From assembly GCA_043228905.1 (NCBI GenBank), contig JBHGNT010000020.1, positions 9,424,001 to 9,488,000 on the forward strand: a DNA stretch of 64,000 bases, read 5' to 3'. This document shows positions 53,521 through 64,000 of this stretch, piece after piece (positions within the stretch are counted from its first letter, which is position 1; every line of letters begins with the position of its first letter). The translations under genes were made by a program, and so were the position numbers. This DNA comes from Azolla caroliniana. Its lineage: Eukaryota > Plantae > Polypodiophyta. The notes beneath the pieces are model-generated. The model had not been told where the DNA came from. It saw only the letters and a list, made by a program, of their open reading frames with translations, and ran no database searches.

Positions 53521-55366
53521 ATGTGGTTAGGACGTCATACATCTAATTTTCCCTTCTCCCCATATGTGAAAAAACCCCGTAATAAATTTTGGACACCTCT
53601 CCTTAATAAACCTAGAATTAGTAGGATCCACAACCACTCTAATTATTCCCTCTCTAAACATGAGACACAACTCCTTAGCCTAGGTTTGAAACACATCCTC
53701 CCATCTTCTCCACCACCATCCCCTACCCTACTTAAAGAATTTGATAGCCTAAGCAGGACCCTTCGACTTAAACATTTTTTTAAAGATGTGGATAATTTGC
53801 CCCAAAATCCCTTTAAGCTACCTAACGCTAGTTGGCAACCTCCTACTAAGTACACTCCCCTAGAAAACATTATATCTAAACACCAAACTATCTTCAGGGA
53901 CACACTTCATACACTCAAATTAAAACCCACAAGGATTGCACCTCACTCATCACTAGCCTTACAATCTCTTAAGAAAAACAACAAAATCATAATCCTACCT
54001 GCTGACAAGAATGTTGGAGTGTGTGTTCTTGATAAGGACACGTACTATAACAAAGCTATAGAACACCTTTCTGATACTAATACATATAAAAAAGTCTCCC
54101 ACTATCCACTTGAGGAATTATCCTATAGATTGAAAAGCATTGTTAATTACCATCTTGGTACCCTATCCAACATAGAAGCCAACTACATACTACATAAACC
54201 CTCAAAAGGGTACCAAGTATGCAATGTCTATTTCCTCCCAAAACTCCATAAAAACCCAATAGGTTTTAGACCTATTTGCTCATACAATAACTCCCTTTTT
54301 GAACACATCAAAATGGCTTCACCACCAACTCATGCCTATCCTTCTCCTTCAAAAGCAATATTTGAAAGACTCACATTCCCTTGTCCAGGCTTTAGAACAT
54401 CTCAACCCACTACCTAATAGCTTTATCTTCACCTTTGATGTTGAATCTTTATATCCCAGCATACCCCCTAGGTTAGGACTCCAAGCTTTACGAAAAATGA
54501 TTACCCCACATTTTTCATCTTCTAAAACTAACCTTATCTATACACTTAGCGCACTCACGTTAGAATATCACTTTCTATCCTTTGATGACATGATCTATCA
54601 ACAAGTCAAGGGTACAACCATGGGTAGTAATTTTTCTGTAGTTTATGCATGCCTATTCTTAGCTCACTTAGAGAACTCCCAACCATCACACCCTAATCTT
54701 TTTTATTTCACTAGATATATAGATGATGCATTCGGGATATGGACATGTACTAAACCCGAATTAGAAAATTACCTCCAGTTCTATAACACCTCCACTAATA
54801 ATTGCATCGAAATTACCATCACCACTTCTCCCTTTAGATTACCGTTCTTAGATTTATGGATTAACCTAAAGAATTCACATTTCTCCTTTAATTGCTACCA
54901 AAAGCCCCAAAATGCCTACTAGTATCTCTCATTCTCGTCAGTTCACCCCCTTCACTTAAAACGTCATTTTATTATTAATGAACTAAAACGATACCTAATT
55001 AGAGAAAGTACACCCTTAGGTTTCCTTCGAATGAAAAAACTATTTTTTAGTAGATTAGTTAAGAGAGGATATCCCCTTTCTTTTATATTAGAGAATTATA
55101 AAAACGTCCCATTTAGCGCTTGGAAATCACTAGTATTTAGTAGAAAACCTAAAAGTACCCTTATACCTGTCATCTTCAAACTTAGGTATACGAAAGATAC
55201 CCCTAGATTAGGAATTCACGACATGCTAGAAAACCTCCACGCAGATTTAGCCACACATCCCCAACTATCCGAACTACTGCGACCCTTCATATGTTGGACT
55301 AAGTCGAAGTCCATTCATTCCCTTCTCGTCAAAACTAAATATAAATCCATAAATACTCCCACTTAA
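53521..55366 (+). pseudogene. PLE reverse transcriptase copy 2
   Basis: Near-identical to copy 1, with the same frameshift and stop; RYIDD catalytic motif. Confidence 0.88.
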
Positions 55367-55604
55367 TACTATATGCCTTTTATATCCCACCCCTATAATC
55401 CCTCGCTTCTTATATCCCACCCCCACACCCACCCCCACCTATCACTTATCATATACATACATATAACCCCCCTCTAACCCATTTTCACTAACCAATCCTT
55501 TACCTATCACAATTCCCTGTTTCCCTCTCACCTATCATTAAACTCCTATTCTCTCTCTCTCTCTCTCTCTTCCCCCTATATAAACCTACCCTCTTGTTGT
55601 AAAT

Positions 55605-55656
55605 GACCTTGGCACCGATGAGCTCTACCTAGAGCGAAACTAGTTTGCACAAGGTC
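55605..55656 (+). ncRNA. Minimal type I hammerhead ribozyme (copy 2)
   Basis: Identical to 50944-50995. Confidence 0.8.
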
Positions 55657-55889
55657 TTTCTAATGAAAATTTCTTAAGCTTTTCTTTTTTCTCACTCACT
55701 CTTCTCTTCTTCTTTCATCTCATTCTCTCATTCTCTTTTACTCTTGTTCACCTCTAATCCTACTCACCTTAGTTTCACTTGCATCATTGCTTTATTTCTT
55801 TTCTTACTCTTCCCATATCATCTCAATAGTTGTGGTAGTTCGCTCGCACTCCTGGTCATGACGCTACGGTCATAGCAATAATTGTTATC

Positions 55890-57317
55890 TTGGTTCCTAT
55901 GGAGGGATTATCATCGGAGTTTGGAACCCACAATAGTGATACTTTGACTCGCATCGAATCACCATTTAGTGCCGAGTTCCCTCCACAACAGATGATGACT
56001 TTTGCAGCGATGGCATCAACTACACCGACACCAACAAAACCTAGAAGCGCCAACAAACGTCCTAATAAACGACAACGCGCCCCTACATTATCCCCAACTT
56101 TCATCAACTCTAATCCTAGTAATGAAAAGGTAAATTCCTCCGACTCATATATGTCCTCACACCACTTTGACGACTATAAGCGTAAAGTGGTATCTGAATT
56201 TAAACATCTTTATAGGCGCACACAAGAAGCTAAGAATACGTATAAGCGTATCTCTGATCTAAACTCACATGACATCACCCCTCATAATCTTAGGGTTCAC
56301 CCACCGAAATTAACAATAGGTCATGAGGAGATCAATTCGAGCTTGCGAACAGAATTTCTAGCCCTCACAACACAATATCGCAAGGATCTTACAACATGCT
56401 ATATTCGACATATAGACTTATTCGTCCACGCATTAACCAAAGCCATAGATGATTTTCCTAATCAAGTTCGTACCGACATAGTAAAAATAATGGAAACAAT
56501 GCAAGAACCCCCATTCATACAAGAAGTAACATCACTAGTAGGTCCCGATTCATTCCAAGATAGAATGGCACATTGGCAGCAAGAGTTTGCCACAGAAATC
56601 CTTAGATCTTGTGATGAAGTAGTAGTTACATATTCTATTACCGTGGCTATTAGAAAGAAGGCCACTATCGGTAGAGACAAAGCAGAGAGTAGCATGCACA
56701 ACAATGTTAGAGAAATGGACATAGAGATGAGTGATAATGAAGATTATAATGTTAATAACAGTCCCTTTACAATTCCAAATTACATTGGGAGTGAAAAACC
56801 AAAGAAATCCTCTACAAATTATCCCATTCAAAAACCTAAGCCTAAAGCTAACGCTAACTCTAACACTAACCCCAACCCCAAACTAAAATCCTCTACAAAG
56901 AACCTAAAACCTAATCCCTTTCAAAAATCTAACCCTATTGCTAACCGTAACCGTAACCGTAACCATAACCCTACTTTTCCAGCAAAAAGAAATCCTCGAT
57001 CATTGAACCACCGGAACCTCCTCCCGCAATACATTTGCAACATAACAAATAATCAAGTAAATAGAAATCCTCATCAAAACCATTATGGCCCACGAGTCTT
57101 ACTTTATAACCCTAATCGCCCTTTCTTTAATCCTATCTACAACCCAACTAACCATCTAGGGCACACGGTTCCCTCATGCGCGGCGGAAGCGACATACCCG
57201 CCGAGGGCATCTGTCCAACATCCTCACATCGAACGAAATTCAAACCAATATATTTCAGCCTCGCACGAGCCACACTCGCGGCCTATACATCACCACCATA
57301 CCTCGCCGGAATTTTGA
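55890..57317 (+). CDS. PLE ORF1 copy 2, 475 aa
   Basis: Translation identical to 51229-52656. Confidence 0.75.
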   Translation: MVPMEGLSSEFGTHNSDTLTRIESPFSAEFPPQQMMTFAAMASTTPTPTKPRSANKRPNKRQRAPTLSPTFINSNPSNEKVNSSDSYMSSHHFDDYKRKVVSEFKHLYRRTQEAKNTYKRISDLNSHDITPHNLRVHPPKLTIGHEEINSSLRTEFLALTTQYRKDLTTCYIRHIDLFVHALTKAIDDFPNQVRTDIVKIMETMQEPPFIQEVTSLVGPDSFQDRMAHWQQEFATEILRSCDEVVVTYSITVAIRKKATIGRDKAESSMHNNVREMDIEMSDNEDYNVNNSPFTIPNYIGSEKPKKSSTNYPIQKPKPKANANSNTNPNPKLKSSTKNLKPNPFQKSNPIANRNRNRNHNPTFPAKRNPRSLNHRNLLPQYICNITNNQVNRNPHQNHYGPRVLLYNPNRPFFNPIYNPTNHLGHTVPSCAAEATYPPRASVQHPHIERNSNQYISASHEPHSRPIHHHHTSPEF

Positions 57318-58180
57318 ATTCGAAGGATACAACAGAGAGCGAAGATCTTACTTCGATATCGGCTACACGTGCGGCGATGATGGACGATTGTCACACCATA
57401 CCGGCGGCCACATGAGCCGTGGCGGTAATTATCCTACGGGCCGATACGGGAGGTTCATCCAATGCGAAGGCCGTACATCTTATGGAAGCGGCACACGTGC
57501 CAACATAAGACAAGAAGTGTATCCCTATGGCGGCTGTGCAGGAGATCATGCAAGCCATGGCACGAACGACCTTCCGTCTTTCCCTCTCGGCCCTCCTCCT
57601 CCTCCTCTCCTCCCCACCCCACCCCTAGACAATTTCAAACATACCCTCTCACTTCCCATATGTGTTTAACCCTAATCACGCCGCACCCCCCCCTCCTTAC
57701 TTCCTACAAATTTGATGCATGCCCCCCCTTTATTTTCTATAAACCACCCTCATACCCCTCCCCCATTTTTTAACCATGCCCCTATGCATTTCCCCCCTAA
57801 TAACCCCCACAACGTTTCCCTATTTCCAAACTGTACCCCTCCCCCTTTTCATGCATTTCCTACACATACCCCCCCCCCCCCCCCCCCTTCTTTACACATA
57901 ACTCCCCTTCTACTTCTAGTAGATTTCAATATTCTACCGCACCCTCTAAATTTCCCCCACACTTATATGAAATCCCTCATAGAAAACAACCTATCCGTAC
58001 TCACAATAATCGCCCCCTTCCCACGAAACTACAAACTTTCCCATGTTACAATAATGTTAGGCCAAAAAACGTGTAGCTAGGCGTGCCAAACGGGATAGTA
58101 AACAGTTTCGGCACGCCATACATCCCGCGAAACGTCTCTTTTACCTTCTCGATAGACCTACTTCTACTTTAGATACTTTC

Positions 58181-60026
58181 ATGTGGTTAGGACGTCATAC
58201 ATCTAATTTTCCCTTCTCCCCATATGTGAAAAAACCCCGTAATAAATTTTGGACACCTCTCCTTAATAAACCTAGAATTAGTAGGATCCACAACCACTCT
58301 AATTATTCCCTCTCTAAACATGAGACACAACTCCTTAGCCTAGGTTTGAAACACATCCTCCCATCTTCTCCACCACCATCCCCTACCCTACTTAAAGAAT
58401 TTGATAGCCTAAGCAGGACCCTTCGACTTAAACATTTTTTTAAAGATGTGGATAATTTGCCCCAAAATCCCTTTAAGCTACCTAACGCTAGTTGGCAACC
58501 TCCTACTAAGTACACTCCCCTAGAAAACATTATATCTAAACACCAAACTATCTTCAGGGACACACTTCATACACTCAAATTAAAACCCACAAGGATTGCA
58601 CCTCACTCATCACTAGCCTTACAATCTCTTAAGAAAAACAACAAAATCATAATCCTACCTGCTGACAAGAATGTTGGAGTGTGTGTTCTTGATAAGGACA
58701 CGTACTATAACAAAGCTATAGAACACCTTTCTGATACTAATACATATAAAAAAGTCTCCCACTATCCACTTGAGGAATTATCCTATAGATTGAAAAGCAT
58801 TGTTAATTACCATCTTGGTACCCTATCCAACATAGAAGCCAACTACATACTACATAAACCCTCAAAAGGGTACCAAGTATGCAATGTCTATTTCCTCCCA
58901 AAACTCCATAAAAACCCAATAGGTTTTAGACCTATTTGCTCATACAATAACTCCCTTTTTGAACACATCAAAATGGCTTCACCACCAACTCATGCCTATC
59001 CTTCTCCTTCAAAAGCAATATTTGAAAGACTCACATTCCCTTGTCCAGGCTTTAGAACATCTCAACCCACTACCTAATAGCTTTATCTTCACCTTTGATG
59101 TTGAATCTTTATATCCCAGCATACCCCCTAGGTTAGGACTCCAAGCTTTACGAAAAATGATTACCCCACATTTTTCATCTTCTAAAACTAACCTTATCTA
59201 TACACTTAGCGCACTCACGTTAGAATATCACTTTCTATCCTTTGATGACATGATCTATCAACAAGTCAAGGGTACAACCATGGGTAGTAATTTTTCTGTA
59301 GTTTATGCATGCCTATTCTTAGCTCACTTAGAGAACTCCCAACCATCACACCCTAATCTTTTTTATTTCACTAGATATATAGATGATGCATTCGGGATAT
59401 GGACATGTACTAAACCCGAATTAGAAAATTACCTCCAGTTCTATAACACCTCCACTAATAATTGCATCGAAATTACCATCACCACTTCTCCCTTTAGATT
59501 ACCGTTCTTAGATTTATGGATTAACCTAAAGAATTCACATTTCTCCTTTAATTGCTACCAAAAGCCCCAAAATGCCTACTAGTATCTCTCATTCTTGTCA
59601 GTTCACCCCCTTCACTTAAAACGTCATTTTATTATTAATGAACTAAAACGATACCTAATTAGAGAAAGTACACCCTTAGGTTTCCTTCGAATGAAAAAAC
59701 TATTTTTTAGTAGATTAGTTAAGAGAGGATATCCCCTTTCTTTTATATTAGAGAATTATAAAAACGTCCCATTTAGCGCTTGGAAATCACTAGTATTTAG
59801 TAGAAAACCTAAAAGTACCCTTATACCTGTCATCTTCAAACTTAGGTATACGAAAGATACCCCTAGATTAGGAATTCACGACATGCTAGAAAACCTCCAC
59901 GCAGATTTAGCCACACATCCCCAACTATCCGAACTACCGCGACCCTTCATATGTTGGACTAAGTCGAAGTCCATTCATTCCCTTCTCGTCAAAACTAAAT
60001 ATAAATCCATAAATACTCCCACTTAA
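58181..60026 (+). pseudogene. PLE reverse transcriptase copy 3
   Basis: Near-identical to copies 1 and 2, with the same lesions. Confidence 0.88.
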
Positions 60027-60262
60027 TACTATATGCCTTTTATATCCCACCCCTATAATCCCCCTCCTCTTATATCCCACCCCCACACCCACCCGCACCT
60101 ATCACTTATCATATACATACATATAACCCCCCTCTAACCCACTTTCACTAACCAATCCTTTACCTATCACAATTCCCTGTTTCCCTCTCACCTATCATTA
60201 AACTCCTATTTTCTCTCTCTCTCTCTCTTCCCCCTATATAAACCTACCCTCTTGTTGTAAAT

Positions 60263-60314
60263 GACCTTGGCATCGATGAGCTCTACCTAGAGCGAAACTA
60301 GTTTGCACAAGGTC
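60263..60314 (+). ncRNA. Hammerhead ribozyme copy 3 (C3 changed to U, probably impaired)
   Basis: Same stems as copies 1 and 2, but the core reads TCGATGA instead of CCGATGA. Confidence 0.65.
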
Positions 60315-63300
60315 TTTCTAATGAAAATTTCTTAAGCTTTTCTTTTTTCTCACTCACTCTTCTCTTCTTCTTTCATCTCATTCTCTCATTATCTCATTCT
60401 CTTTTACTCTTGTTCATCTCTAATCCTACTCACCTTAGTTTCACTTGCATCATTGCTTTATTTCTTTTCTTACTCTTCCCATATCATCTCAATAGTTGTG
60501 GTAGTTCGCTCGCACTCCTGGTCATGACGCTACGGTCATAGCAATAAATGTCACACGCCAAACACAGAAACGCGAAGGGAGAGCCTCTACTGGAAGCGCA
60601 CGGGCTGTCCACGAACTAGAGGCGACGATTTCCAAAATCCGGAGAGAACGACAACCGAAGGAGGAGATAGAGAGAGCTCGGTACACGGCCCAACAACACT
60701 TCGTCCTGGCTAACGTCTTATAACCTATTCTTCGTTCTCTTCTTTCTTATATAGGTCGTTGGGGAGAGACCCCTCTCTTTCAGTCACAATCACCTTACTT
60801 TATTCTCTATCCCTTCGGACAGAGATACACATTGATTTCCTAATAAATATGTCACACTTAGTATATGCATATCAGCCGCCCTACACATAATTATGTACAA
60901 GTTATCAATTCACACGCCCACACATGGAAGGGCCGGTTCGTGCACGGTTTCTCTCGTTTCTTCCTAGGGACGGTTTTCTCCACGACAGCGGCCGCACGCA
61001 AGCTCTAGCTTCGTCAGGAGCTGAATAGCATCCAACAGAGGGACATGTCAATCTCAAGCTATACCTTGAAGATCAAGGAGCTATGTGACGTCCTTGGATC
61101 GATTAACATCGCCATTGATGATGACGAACTGGTGTAGATATGCCTTGGAGGCTTAGCACCGCGTTTCGGCTCGATTAGATCAACCATTCTTGCAATGGAG
61201 AACCCTCCCTCCTTCTTCCACCTTCAATCGATATTGCTGGTCGAAGAGAATCACGCTCGGTAGAGGAGCAATGCACCAGATGGTCATATGCTCTACTCCT
61301 AGTCGGATGATAGAAGGAATTTCGGCCGAGGTCACTGAGGTCGCTTCGGACAAGGTCATAATGATCGGCAAAATCAAGAGCATAACTCTCACCAATGGCA
61401 AGCGGACAAGAACGGGCCCAGAGAGCTTGGCGGAAGGGGGAGTCATAATGCCGGACCAAGCAATCGCCAAAACCCAATCGAGTGTGGGTACTGCGGAAAA
61501 CCCAACCATTACGAAGAAGAGTGCCGGAAGAAGAAACGTGAGGCGGGCCGACAACTCACGAATTACGCCACGAACTCCAACTATGGCGACCGTGGCGGAC
61601 TGCTCATAATGAAGCACGAAGCACACTCGATGTCTGCATTTGTGACAACCAATGCCTCCACTACTAATAGTGTATGGTTTGTCGACTCGGGAGCTTCCAA
61701 TCACATGACTTCCCATGAAGATTGGTTTCGGGAATTACGGAAGCCCGAACGTCCCGGATATGTCGAAACAGGCGATGATATGACTCATCCAATACAACAT
61801 ATTGGGAATGTCCCATTCAGAAACGACGACAAACAGACCTACCTCAAGAACGTATTCCATGTTCCTACCATCACGAAAAATCTGGTCTCGGTCGGCCAGA
61901 TTGTAGAACAAGGAATGCAGGTACCCTTCAACAACGATGGGTGCTTCATTGAAAAAGGTGATCAAATTGTAGCTCACGGCGGACGAAAAGGCCGTATGTT
62001 CATCCTCGAGTCGAGCAAAGTAAAGTTGGCTATGTACGCAAAGGGCCAGAAACTCGAAACCGACTTAAAATTGTGGCACAAGAGAATCGGCCACATCAAT
62101 CCCCAGAAGCTTCAGAACATGCAGACAAAAGGAGTCGTAATCGGACTCTCGAACTTTACGGCAAAGGAGATCACGGGCCTGTGCGAAGCATGCCAATTCG
62201 GAAAGCAACGCCGTCATCCATTCCCAAAAGAGCGGAATGTAAGCAAAGGGATCCTAGATCTCATACATTCAGTTGTGTGGGGACCAACCCAAACAACTAC
62301 TTTCGGCGGATGTCGTTACTATGTCACGTTCATCGATGACTTCTCCAGAAATACCTGGATTTATCCGATGAAGCAAAATAGTGAAGTGTTCGGCCACTTC
62401 CAGAAGTTCAAAGCCAAAGTGGAAAAAGCCACGGGATGGCATGTACGCTGCCTTCAATCAGATGGAGGCAAAGAATATTTTTCAGATGAGTTCTCGGCGT
62501 ATCTCTGCAAGGAAGGAATCTGACGAGAATTCTCGTGTCAACATACACCTTAGCAAAACGACGTAGCTGAGCGTAAAAACCGCCACATAGTAGAAGTCGC
62601 ACGAGCCATGATGAATGAGAAGAACCTACCGAAATCGTATTGGGCAGAAGCGGCAAACACGGCCGTATACCTCATGAATAGGTGCGCAACCTCAGGAGTA
62701 CATGACATAACTCCTCATGAAAAGTTCTTTGGAAAGAAGCCGAACTTATCGCATGTCCGCATTTTCAGTTCTATTGCCTACGTACATATTCCCAACGATA
62801 CGCGACAAAAGCTCGATCCGAAGTCGGAGAAATGTATCCTCGTAGGATACTCACTTGAACAGAAGGGGTACAAGTGCTACAACCCATCTAACCGAAAAGT
62901 TCGCATCAGTTGAGACGTAGTCTTCGACGAGTCCGCATCCTGGTACGCACCAGAGAATACTTCGACTCCACTCAACGTGGATGACACTGAAATAGAAATA
63001 GACGTTGAGGATTGGCTCACACAGATGTTAGAAGACAACCCAATTACGACACAGCTAAGTGGGCCATCTGAGCCGCCGAGCGATGAAAGCACATCTCGGC
63101 CGAGTCCGAAACTGGACAAAGGCAAGGCAAAAATGCATGAGTATGAAGATCATTTTGATCTTGACAGTGAGTTCGATTGCCTTGATATCCACACGGACGG
63201 CGTGAAGAAACCCCTAGAATCCGCAAATGACAAGCCACACCGATTCACGCGTGAGAAGAACCTCGTAAACCGCTACGGCTACGACGAGTACATGGCGTAT

Positions 63301-64000
63301 CATTACACATTCATGATGAAGGTCGCGTCAATATGGGAACCGGAAACACTTTCCGAACCCGCAAAGGATCCACGATGGGTCAACGCAATGAATGAGGAGA
63401 TGGGAGCGTTATGCAAAAACGAGACATGGGATCTCGTTCCTCACCCCCCGAACAAGAAACCAATTGGTTGCAAGTGGATTTACAAGGTGAAGCACAATGC
63501 CGATGGTTCTGTAAATCGCTTCAAAGCACGGCTCATTGCAAAAGGCTACACACAGACACATGGCGTAGACTACGAAGAAACCTTTGCCCTGGTGGCAAAG
63601 ATGACGATAGTATGGACCGTAATCGCGCTAGCAGTAGCAAAAGGGTGGCACCTTCATCAGATGGATGTGAAAAATGCTTTCCTCCAAGGAGAGCTAGAAG
63701 AAGAGGTGTATATGACACAACCACCCGGATTCGAATTGCGTAATCATCCGCACGCCGTATGCCGACTCAAGAAGCCACTCTATGGCCTCAAACAAGCACC
63801 GCGTGCTTGGCACTCGAAGATCACGCAGTATCTTCACCAAGTCGGATTTCGGATGTCAAAATCCAATACATCTCTGTACATCCGAAATGAGTCGGATAGC
63901 CCGATAGTCATCATTCTATACGTGGATGACTTGGTTATCGGAGGAAAGGATCTCGCCGAGATTAATAGAGTTAAATCACTTCTTTCTTGCAGATTCGAAA

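Larger units (their letters stand above)
48062..60547 (+). mobile_element. Head-to-tail array (~2.7 x 4.66 kb) of an endonuclease-less Penelope-like retroelement
   Basis: Units 48062-52723, 52724-57384 and 57385-60547 (partial). PLE-type RT motifs and a hammerhead fold in each unit. 33-bp flanking duplication at 48029-48061 and 60548-60580. Confidence 0.88.
41507..60987 (-). mobile_element. Full-length decayed Ty3/Gypsy LTR retrotransposon
   Basis: LTRs 41507-42146 and 47828-60987 (interrupted), both TGTCGTG...CACGACA. TSD ACGG/GCGG. Minus-strand PPT at 42147-42158. PBS TGGTGAACCCGA (tRNA-Trp type) at 47811-47822. Domain order gag-PR-RT-RH-INT. Confidence 0.92.
40809..64000 (+). mobile_element. 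Ty1/Copia element (LTR 40809-41106) split by a Gypsy insertion; resumes at 60988 and runs off the window
   Basis: PBS TGGTATTAGAGC at 41107. gag reads FAANT|AARKL across the Gypsy. Protease/integrase at 61609-62913 and RT at 63400-64000 ([14 protein letters not shown]). Confidence 0.88.

Overview
Eukaryotic land-plant nuclear DNA; a non-seed plant such as a fern is plausible from the TE families, but that is inference. A gene island at ~17.7-36.9 kb holds plastid ribosomal protein S5, a class-B DnaJ and cytosolic RPS14, with a decayed hAT transposon between the last two. It is flanked by deeply nested, mostly decayed Ty1/Copia and Ty3/Gypsy LTR retrotransposons. The standout is a 12.5-kb insertion (48062-60547) inside a Gypsy LTR: about 2.7 head-to-tail copies of a ~4.66-kb Penelope-like retroelement (PLE). 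Each unit has an intact, uncharacterised 475-aa ORF1, a PLE-type reverse transcriptase with no visible GIY-YIG endonuclease, and a minimal type I hammerhead ribozyme fold just downstream of a TATA box. The array lies internally, is flanked by a 33-bp target duplication, and ends ~244 nt past the ribozyme cut site. Endonuclease-less PLEs are normally chromosome-end elements, so this may be an undescribed mode of integration, possibly through a circular RNA. All alignments were made by eye; no searches were run.
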